Shown here: one piece after another, positions 27,691 through 38,535 of the stretch
Layout of the letters: every line of letters starts with the position of its first letter
Numbering within the stretch: the stretch's first letter is position 1
Source of the DNA: Chara braunii
Lineage: Eukaryota > Plantae > Charophyceae
NCBI GenBank assembly: GCA_003427395.1
Contig: BFEA01000004.1
Span: 5,909,591-5,973,590 of the forward strand
Direction: 5' to 3'
Length of the DNA stretch: 64,000 nt
The notes under the pieces: generated by a model
The model's input: the letters and a program-made list of their open reading frames with translations, nothing else
Told to the model about the DNA's origin: nothing
Database searches by the model: none
Translations under genes and position numbers: made by a program

Positions 27691-30600
27691 NNNNNNNNNN
27701 NNNNNNNNNNNNNNNNNNNNNNNNNNNNNNNNNNNNNNNNNNNNNNNNNNNNNNNNNNNNNNNNNNNNNNNNNNNNNNNNNNNNNNNNNNNNNNNNNNNN
27801 NNNNNNNNNNNNNNNNNNNNNNNNNNNNNNNNNNNNNNNNNNNNNNNNNNNNNNNNNNNNNNNNNNNNNNNNNNNNNNNNNNNNNNNNNNNNNNNNNNNN
27901 NNNNNNNNNNNNNNNNNNNNNNNNNNNNNNNNNNNNNNNNNNNNNNNNNNNNNNNNNNNNNNNNNNNNNNNNNNTTTGTTTCCTGTCCTTTTTTTTCCGT
28001 TGTTTTTTTTTTGGTTTTTTTTTTTTTGGTGTTTCTTTGTGTGTATGTGCGTGTGTGCGCGCACGTGTGTGTGTATGTGAGAGAGAGAGAGAGAGAGAGT
28101 TTCCATTGGTTGGTTGCCTCCACCATTCATGCATCAGCTGTCATATTTGTTTTTGCGATGAAAGTCGCAACGGGTCATCTAGTTGTAGTTGCAATCTTTT
28201 GGATGTACTGACGGGTACCCCTGTCTTTGACTTATGGCAGCTGTAATTTTGTGGGTATTGTGAACTCTGAATGGGTCTCCTTATGTCAATCTTTTGGCAG
28301 GGTGGGCTTGCGGGACCAATGGGTGGACAGGGTGGTCAAATGGGTGGACCTGGTCCAATGGGTGGAGCAGGGCCCTTGGGTCATCACGGGCCTATGGGAG
28401 CGCCCACCATGCTTCATCCAGGGCAGTCACAACAGCAGCCTCAGGTATGAATTGCACTTTCTGTGTAGTACTGTCTGCTTACCTCACCCATCAATGGGGG
28501 TCTTGGTAATTTGAAGTTTATCTTTTGTATATAGCTGTCAGTGCCACCGTGGTTCCACATATGATGCAATGCACTGTGGATGTTTTAGACGTGAGTTCCA
28601 TCTTTGATGATATGGTCGTGCCTTCAGAGTTTGATGTGGGACACATGTTGGTTCCCAAGTGAGATGATTTTATGATAACTTTTATCTGAATTTAAGAGAA
28701 TATTGTACTAATTTGTACGTATATTGCACCTTTCCTTGCAACAAATCCAAGGTTACTGCAAAGACACAGTGGAGGGCATGCCTATCACTAGATAGGCATG
28801 GGGATGATCCAAGAAGTCAAAAGGAGTGGAGAGAAACACAAATTGGCACCCCTCAGAGAGGCAAAGAGAGTAGCTTACATGGATGGATATCCTCTGTGAC
28901 CGTGGATGGAAATGGAGAAGAAGGGGACGATGCAGCAGCCGAAATGATAGCAGATGGGGAGGGAGAAGAGGGGGACAAGTTTGGGGTAAAAGAAGAGAGT
29001 CCAGAAATGATAGCTAGCAGATTCTATCAACTCTTAACCATCTCCAATACGATGTCAAGTCTGGTCGGATCGCGTAGTAGTCACCCTGAAGTAGTTGCCA
29101 AGTCTCTGATTTCTCTCTCTCTCCGGTTAGAAAGAAGAAGTCTCTCCCTCTCTCCGTCTTGTAACCCAGATTCTGGCTGGTTAAGAGGCTACCTTGAATT
29201 GTGGCAGATCGCAGAGTGGTTTCCACTGTGGCCGGGGTGTTCTCTAAGCTTTGGTCCCCGGGTGGGTGCTCTTCTCTTCAATGCTGCTGTAGACCTGTGT
29301 CAGTCTCTCCTATCTCCTCTAATAAAAACAGTAACTCTGCCCTACTGATGATCAACCGTCCTGTGCAGGAGCCAGGTGTTAAATGGAATGTCTAACTATG
29401 TCCCTCTGGTCCAGTGCTGCACAGGGCCTACCAGAGGTCTTGCCTGTGTGCATCCAGGGCTAGCCGATCAATGGTCCTATAGTAAAGGGTAATATTTAGT
29501 AGGTAGGTAATTTTCCTGTAGTAGTAGGTGAGTTCTATGGCTGTTTGATTTGTGATTTCGTTTTCGTTTTTGGACGAGGATATCAGGGCAATGGCTTGGG
29601 TGTAGCCATTTCCGTGCATAGACTGAAGCTTGGTAATGGCCCCTGTATTTTACTGGGTTGTCTGTGAGGAGTTCTGGCCGTCGTTGTTGAATTGATAACA
29701 TGAGTTGTGGATTAAAGAGGAGGGATTAAAAGCAAATTGAGGAAGAAATAGGAGGAGACAAGGAGAAGACGAGGAACAAAAAAAGAACCAAGGAACGAAA
29801 AAAGAACCAAGGTCCAGGAAATGAACCTAATGATGTGGGGAAGTAAGGGTCCCTGGGCCCATAAATCCAACGCCAGGTCCTACAAGGTCTGTGTGGAAGA
29901 CTCGTGCATGGCATGTGATGTCATTTGTGTGCAGCTGCATCTCTGCCTCTTGATGTGAGCATTCTGTCATCTCCACCTCTTCGTGTCATGGATGTTCTTG
30001 TGCTGCTGAGTGCAGACTTCTTTTGTTTGGCTTTGTTCATCTTATTCCATGTCATGGATGTCCTTGTTCTTTCTCTGATATTCCAATCTCTAGGCCCTCC
30101 CATCTTTTGATCAGCTTTTCCCGTGGACTCGCCAGTATATGGAGTAATGTTTTGTGTTGCCTATCTAACCTTTTCCTCTCTTGCCCTGGCTGTGTCAGCA
30201 ACCCGGTATGCAACAGCCTATGCCCTTAATGATGGGTGGACCTGGGGCGGGGGTTATGCCTTTGATGCAGCAACAGCAACAAGCGCAGGTGAAGTCTTTA
30301 CCCTTCACACTGGTGTGTTTATATCCTAAACTTCTGGAATTATTGAAATAAAGGCTGAATTTCCATTGTAACTAGCTTAACGTTGCACGACTTTCATATA
30401 AAAATCTTAAGGTAAGTTGGTTTCTGGGTGTTTTTTAGGCAAATCTCTCGGGGGTGTTTGAGGTGTAGATAGCAATGGAGTGACAACAACGTTACCTTCT
30501 TGGCGAAGCAATGCCTGTTTGGCATAAGTGACAAACCTTGAGCGTCGACTGGATGGCATAAGTGACAAACCTTGAGCGTCGACTGGATAAGTGACAAACC

Positions 30601-33600
30601 TTGAGCTTCGACCTGCGCTTATTTCTGAGGCAGGTGGCATTAGTACGCATTACAAATGGCAAAATTTCAAGATTGCAGATGGCGAAAATGATCCTGAAGA
30701 TGGTGGAAATTTTGAAATTGTTCTTGTGACACAACATTTGCATGCTATTGGGTAATGTTTCAAAATTTTGATCCCCCACTGGTGGTACAGTTTTTTGTTC
30801 GTCGGGGAACAGGTTGTTGAAGGTCGATTTTGTAACAGGATGCTGTGGCCGAACGATTGTGACAGACAGTTGCCATGATGGGGTCTTGATGAGAGCTTGC
30901 TTCGCATCTCGCTCCACTACACGACACTCTACGTGCATTTGGACGATTTTTCTAGACCTGAGGCATTTGAAAAGTTGGACTCGTGCAACTGTACGTGATC
31001 CAGAAAACGACCAAATGCATGCAGAGTATTCTGTAGTGGAGGGAGGCCCTCCGCGTATCGGGTTGGATATGTCTTCTGAATTGGACATCGAAATCTTGTT
31101 GTTCATTGAATAATCAGACTTCTTTTGATGAATAGGTTAGAGGGAGTGACGCGTATGTTTTCTGGTGTGAAGTTTGCTTTTCATTGAAAATGGCTGTTGC
31201 AGAGGTTTCAGTCCTCTCTGGTTGGGGAGGAGTAACTATGTAAAGCTAGGGGCATGAGGAGTGTGGGAAAAGACTGCTACTGACATGGAGTTGTCTATAC
31301 ACTTGGGTGATCCCTGTTCTGTGGTCTCAGGGTTACTACCAACCACCACCTCAACAAGCTGTGGATCCCCAGCAGCAGCCACAGCCACAACAGCAGATGC
31401 CCCAGCATATGCAGCAGCAAATGCCACAGGGAATCCAGCAGCAAATGCCTCAACAGATGCAGCAGCAAACACCTTTGCAGCAGCAGGTAGCAATGACTGG
31501 CAAGATGGATTTGAGTGGAATTGAATGAATTCCTTTTTTTTCCGGAAACATTTGAGACCACTTCTTGATTGATGCGTGTCATCCTTCCGCAGGGGCCATG
31601 CTAATCTTCTCTGTATCGTTCCAATTGTAAAGGACATCCAAAGTTCATGTCCAGTGCACTGTGAATGTGAATGCAAAGTGATTACTATGGTTCAGCCGGC
31701 GCTTGATGGGGAGTTAATTGTACATGGTTGGTAATGCATCTGTCGGTTTGGGCAGTTGGGGCTGGCCTCGTATGCCAGGCGAAAGGACGTGGCCAGCTGT
31801 TTTTCGTTTTGCTGTAACACACACGTAAGAGGAGCTATGACCTGGCCATGATGGAGTGGAGCCTGTGACAGTCATGGGCAACTGTTGGACCACTAAGCTA
31901 TGTTGAAAGACTGACCTCTATGCTCTTTGTTGAATGAAGCTCTCTACATTACTAGTTGTCTTCTCAGACCTGACCACCAATGACCCTTAAGTGGTAGTGA
32001 TGTTGTGTCCTCTGTCTGTTTACAGCACCAGGGTTGCCCTCCTCCCTTGTCGAATGAAGCTTTCAAAGATTACGTGTGATCGTTTCAGACCAGATGTCCC
32101 ATTTCCTAGACTTTCTGAATTTTCAAACCACCAGTATGCTCCCCAGGCAAAAGTATCCTGTGAGAATATGTATGTTCGAAACTTTTGCGGGTTTGGGGAA
32201 CTGGGCCAAAATGTCTGGAGCCACCAGCCAAAACAAACAATCGTACTGGTGCCGGCTCGTTTTTTTTTTTCGTAATGGTGTGAAGCAGGATTTCGGGTCG
32301 GAAAATATGGCCTCGGTTGTATTGGTGGTTTAAGCTTGGGGAAGTCGTGTGGTTGCTCGACTGTCAGAGCACATTTTTTTCCTGACTGGGATTCTGTGTT
32401 GATGAGAATACTGGAAGCCAAATTCTCCACAAGATGGAAAGTGTGTCGATGTATGTTTAGCTTCAGGCAGTTCGTCTTACGTGTTCAGTTTTGTGTCATA
32501 GATTAAGGGACATAGGGGGACACCAGATGTCAACCTTTCTTTTCATGGCAGAGCAAGCACGATGTTTGGATGCTGTTCTTTGGGATGCAGCAGGGGCAGC
32601 CTGCCCTGGGATGCAGGAGGGTCGGTTTGCCCTGAGGGACATTGAATATAACTTACAGGGAGGGTTAGGCTCTTGAGAACTGCTGCTGCTGCTGCAAATG
32701 AGGATGCATTTTGTTAAACCGCCACTACCTTTCACATATGTCGGTGGCTGGCGAGGGCCCCACGAGGCCCCACGATTTCCGGAGGCCGCCAAGGCAAAAA
32801 TGGCCGCCGATCAAATATATCAACAGTGGATGCGCGTTGGACCTGGCCTCCGAACATTTTAGGATGAGGTCTGTTTCCCAATGCGACATAGTCCTAAAGG
32901 TGGTGGTGGGGTTTGAAGCGCGATAAATCTTTTCAGGGTGGGAAATTGAATGCTATGTTGGAAGATCGCATAAGTTTGTCCACTAGTTTATTGTGTGGGA
33001 GCACTGGGAGGGAAATAGTAAACTCAGTGCTCACTGGAATAGGTGAGAGCAACAATGAACTGGTCATTCATAGGCGAGTTGTGAATAAAGATTGGCATGG
33101 TCTGTTCTAGGCTTCTGGCTAGTGGTATAGCAACTACATTTGTGTTAGCATCAAGTAATGATGATGATGCAATTATCCTCATGATGGGTTTTGCAGGGAT
33201 ATTACCAGCTGCCTCATGCGCAGCCGTCTGTTTCTGAACGAAAGGTGAGCTGTTTGCTCTTGTGTTTGTCATAGGATGGAGCAATGGAAATAACTCCGAG
33301 AAAAAAAGAGGATGTATGTATGTGGTTCATATCTTGCAGACTTGCATCCAAAACGTATTTTGAGTAAAAGCTGTTGGCTTTCTTAAACCACTGGGTCACC
33401 CGGGCCTCGAGGTGCTGCAGTGCGCTCCAAGCTTTTTTGAACCCGCCAGCTGCACACTTCTTTTTGTCTCTTGGCTGGTGCCGCCAGCCAACTGTGGTCT
33501 CGTAGCCCAGAGTCACGAAAACCTCGGAGTTGGCAACTCTACAAGGCTGGGGCTGTGTACACTGGCTTTTTAAATTCATGGAGTAGGGTTGGGGGGAGGG

Positions 33601-36600
33601 AACTCCTGGACACACACATCAAGAAGATTTGATGTTTATTGTTTTGAGAACGTGATAGAGGTTCTTGTAAGTTCTCTCTATGGATAGGTGGAAAACAAGG
33701 AAAACTTGTGTGCACTGTGTGTTGAGTGATGCTCTTGAATTATTTCACTCTTGCGGAGTATTGTGATTGTGTACATATGATTGGGCCCAGGGAAGGTGTA
33801 GGTGGGGTCCCTCCCTGTGCTGCAGTTATGCAAGGGGGAATGGTCTGAGTTACAGTCTACCCCTGACTGAGTAGCAGGTAGCGAAGAAATGGATCGAGAC
33901 AAGGGGTGACATATATCAGGATTGAGTCGATCGTAACCCTCTTTGTATTTTGGCTGTTGGTGCGCTATTCTTGGTTTGTGCAGCCCGTGGCCCCTCCTCA
34001 ACAGTATATACCTCCTACTTGCGATTGGAGTGAGCACACTGCTCCTGAAGGGTACAAATATTACTATAATTCAGCCACTGGTGTGAGCCAGGTGAGAACC
34101 TCAGCCAATATTCCAGGAGCGACTTGAAGCAAATCACAGCAGGGGTTCTGATGGGATGTCTCATGGCTGCTGTTTATGAAGAGAATCATTCGTGGCATGT
34201 TAAAAAGGATCGTCCGCTTGGATTCTTCACTGAGGAATGTGTGCATATGTGTTGAGGTTTCTGTCAGTGAGTGGAGATCGAAAGAGATGACCAAGCAATG
34301 TTGAATGTTGTGTAGTTTTCGTTTGTTAATCATGGTTACAAGCGCAATCATGCAGTGCACTGAGAGGTTTCGGAGCTAATCAACTTGTGCTTTCATGTGC
34401 TTTCTTTTTTGTTGTTGACGCAGTGGGAAAAGCCACCAGAGCTGACAGCATACGAGCAAGCACAGCAACAAGTGTCAGTGCAACATCAGATGCCACCACA
34501 GCAGCAGCATCAGCAGACTCCTCAGCAGCAGGGAATGCCTATTGTGGTGCGTATCTCTCCTGTCTGGTGTACGATGGATGTCCTGGTGGACAGTAAATGA
34601 CTTGCAAATAGTCACGTGTGAATGTTTCGAGCCTTGCCAATAGTAAATGACGTGTGAATGTTTTGGACCTTTCTGTTTCCGGCATCATAACACCATTAAG
34701 GGTCTTGACGGACATTAAATGTTCTTAAGGGTTAGTGTAGTAGTGCTGTGGTGTGTGTTGTTGGTTCGTCAAGACCTATGATATCGAACTGTCAATGATT
34801 GGACCCTGAATGTAAATGACATTGCGAATGATCGGATCTGTGCAGTGTTGTGGTGTGTGTTGTTGGTTCGTGCATGTGTCAATGTGTACGGTGTGGGATA
34901 GTGCATGCATCCTCGTAATTTTGTTGTGATGCCCATTCTCGTAAAACAGCAAGAAAAAGGGAAAAGATATTATTGCAGGCCTGTAACATGGAGTAGATAT
35001 CGAACACAGAGCCACCAGAGGACGACGGGAGAAGAAGCAGAACAAGTAGCAGAAGCTGATGGAAAAAAAGAATACAAATGTGTATGAAATCCAGAGTTTG
35101 AAGGGCGTTTACCCTATGGACATGAACTTGATATCCATCAATGACTGGGTTATTGATACATGATTGCAGCGAAAGTTTATGGGCAGCAGTAAAATTTTGT
35201 TGAATTGATCTGAATACCTTGGTATCAGGTCACGCATGGAGCTTCGAGTTTATTGACTGGATGATTTATGGTCACTTCAGTTCCATGGTTCCTTTGTCAA
35301 GGATTGTCGGGCTTGTGTCGTGCTTGCTTTCTGATGACACTGAGCAAGGACCTCTCTCCTTTGTCCGTTCTTGTGCAGCAGCAGTACCCAGGGGCACAGA
35401 TGCTTGGGCAGCCTATGCAGGTGCGTGGATGATGGTGGGGATCATTGTTCTTAGGGAATTGACTCTTGCTTGAGGTTGTCATTGTCCCCTTGTCTAAGAA
35501 GTAAGATGACAGTAAATGTGTTTCCAGCACCGTCTAGCCGACACACAGGATGCATGCTTGGAACAGTGAGTTTGGCAGAGGAGTTTCGGGGTTGCTGGTT
35601 GTTTTGTGATATTGAGAACCACTTCTTGCAGTTGTGTTGCTGCAGATCAGTCTTAAGTGAACAGGACCGCAAGAATATCTTCTTATTATCTGACTCCGAG
35701 TTGTATATCCATTCATCTGTGATGTGAGCAGTTTTATGGTGACTTCTGGATCGAGGGAATATGGGATGATCCCCTGCCAAGAAGAATATTTTGTTTTGCG
35801 AACGTTGACTGCCGTTTACATTGCATCTCACTTGTTTCATTAATGAGACGGAAAGAAAGAAAGAAAGAAAGAAAGCGGCAAGCCACTCACTTTGCGTCTA
35901 CTTAGGTTTTGTTTAATCAACTTTAATGGTGCTTTCTCATGTGCTCATTTTGATTGGTGTGTTGCAGTATGGGCAGCAGCACCAGGGGGGCATGCAAGGA
36001 ATGGAGGCTCGTCCAAACCAGATACAGGTAAGCGTAATTCGACTTTGTTGGTTCGTTCATTCTTCCTGATATACAGCTCCTGTGTATTATAGGATTTGGG
36101 TTTTCTCTGTCTTAGGCAGTATAGTGGATGCTCTATTTTGCAGGTAAAGTCGGACGTATTTCTTAAGTGTAGGGGAAGGAGCTGAAACGTTTTGGGAAAT
36201 GGGCTTGTTACTTTTGTTGTCATGTAAGAAAGAGAAAGAGGAAAGAATCACATAGATGACCTGGGCCTTCCTTTCCATAGGGAGAGGGTGTGACCCAGAA
36301 GGAAAGCCGGCAAGTGGGCTTAATCGTTGGTTGGTTCTTTTGCAGGGCCCTCCCGGCGCAAATCTCTTTGTCTTTCGCATACCAGATGACTTTACGGATG
36401 AGAACTTGACTCAAACGTTTACTCCATTTGGTGCGTAACCCACTATCTTTCTCCAATTAAGATAAGAAGGGTTGAGCAGTCGAGTAAACGAGCTGTGCGC
36501 TTTAGTGATTTCAGCAGCGAAAGGCGGATGTCCTTTCAATGCTTCTGTCAAAAGGGAAAAAGCTTACCTTGCATAATTCATTCTGTGGGAAAGTAACTCT

Positions 36601-38473
36601 TTACCTCAGTGGTCACCACTTCTGGTGGGATTTGGAAATCTGTTCTCATGAATGATTGCAGTGATAGGCCCACCCTTGCATATATTCAGTCGTAAACTCG
36701 CAGGTGCTCTTCTTCGAGGAAAGTGTTGTATTGATCTGAAGTTCCTGAACACAGAACAGCAAAACTGTTTGGAATGAAGAACAGGTGAAAAGGAAATGTG
36801 ATGCGATTTCATGAACTTCGTAGATGAATGAAGAATGTGGGGGCGGTGTTACAGAGGACTCAATTTTGCAGCTGTGATCTAGAAACCACCATCATTTGGA
36901 GTTCGACCTCGTCGAGTATCTGCATTTTTGTTCTAGGGTGCCGTTCTACGACGTGGTTCAACACTGTTTGTTGGGTTAATCATGATATTGTTTGGTGTTA
37001 ATTCTTTGTTGTCGATAATGAACGAGTTTTATTGACACCGTTAGGGTAAGTTTTATATTATTGAATAGTCAATCGTTTGATACGGTATATTATTTCAGCA
37101 TGCTCGCCACATCATCTTCTCTTTTCAGAAAACAAGAATTGTTCTTTTATCATTTGTTGCTCTCTGTGGTTAGATATCCTGTTTATGTGAATGGAACAAA
37201 ACGGCCACGGATAGTGCACCCCCTGCATGAGGAAGAGCTGCGTAAATGGAGAAATGGTCGAAATTGGTAAATTCGGAAAAAAAGAAGAAAGATGGTGTTC
37301 ATGTGACACCCTACTTGGGTAGGCGCCTGTGTAGTGGTCTTGTGACATCCTTCTGCATACTCTTTATAGTTTTGCCGGTATGCAATGCTATTATCAAGTC
37401 ATAGATGGTCCAACATCTTCGTATGGTAGGCACTCTCTCATTGGATGAGGACGTGTGTATTCGGAACGCAGATGTGCCAGGGCCAGCTGATTTTACGGCC
37501 CCATGAACGTAGTGTTTGCGGCGGTAGAACAGGAGCAGGCCGCGGCTGGTCCCACAATTGTGAGAAGTCTTGTCACTGCTGGTTGTTTGTGCACATAGGT
37601 GGTCTGGTGATGTCTGTATTTACTGAACCTTTACTCGTTTAAACCACCAGTACACGACCCCAGCCTTGCAGTCCGAGACTTGTCGCCACAAGAAAAAGAG
37701 GCTGAAACGTCAAACTCTTTGCCCGCCGTTGATATATAGGATCGGCGGTCACGTGTTTGTTTCGCGCTTTCCAGAATTCAAGGTGTCAGGTCCACGGCGC
37801 AGGTGCCCATGTACTGGTGCTCAACCCACCACCACATTCCAGCCCCTTTTTGCCGAGGCGGATTCCCTCTGCGCGCCAAGCTTTGATGAAACGCCAGCAG
37901 GATACTTTTTCTTTTCTTTTGGCTGGCGCTGCCAGCCATTTTTTCCCAGTGGCCACAAGCCGCCGAACCTCTCAGAGTGCCTCCTTTTCAGTTCTCAAGT
38001 TTGCCTGGACGACGTATTGGCAGTCAAGGGATTGCAGCTGGAGTGAGGTGCATATATTTCTTGTTTACCAGATACCGGAAAGAGTGGAAGAGAGTCTTCT
38101 CCCTTTCTTGGACTGTTACTTACCCTGTGACATTCTGGTTATGTCAGGGAATGTGATAAGCGCACGTGTAGGAGTGGAGAAGGAGAGTGGGAGGAACCGA
38201 GGCTTCGGGTGAGTGGAAATTGTGCGGAATGAATTGGACCCTGAGGGTGGTGCACTTCTAGATGGGTATTCAATGTAAAGTTGTGCTTGTTCGGTGTAGT
38301 TGTATTGTACTGAAATTTTGTCCCACGCACTTGTAACAACAGCATCCAGAAGTAATATCTGGTGTATGAGATGCTTGTATTGGCCTCCTATATGGAGTGC
38401 CTGGCTTTTAGAGTCTCTCATGTGTGAAGGTTGAATGTTTTGTTTGTTAGTATGTGGGCAGCCTCCAGTCGGT

Positions 38474-38535
<62 letters not shown>

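Noticed and set aside
27262-28134. Long ORFs crossing N runs (also at 38.1-38.7 kb and 60.9-62.1 kb)
   Set aside because: Artefacts of assembly gaps and microsatellites; only 27405-27546 and 38148-38208 are real exons.
28713-29348. 211-aa intronic ORF
   Set aside because: Non-ATG start and no recognisable motifs. Probably repeat-derived, but I cannot classify it.
30521-30612. CRISPR-like direct repeats
   Set aside because: The repeats are contiguous without unique spacers, there are no cas genes, and the context is a eukaryotic intron.
30492-31113. Overlapping ORFs as a possible transposase
   Set aside because: No DDE or zinc-finger motif that I could recognise in any frame.
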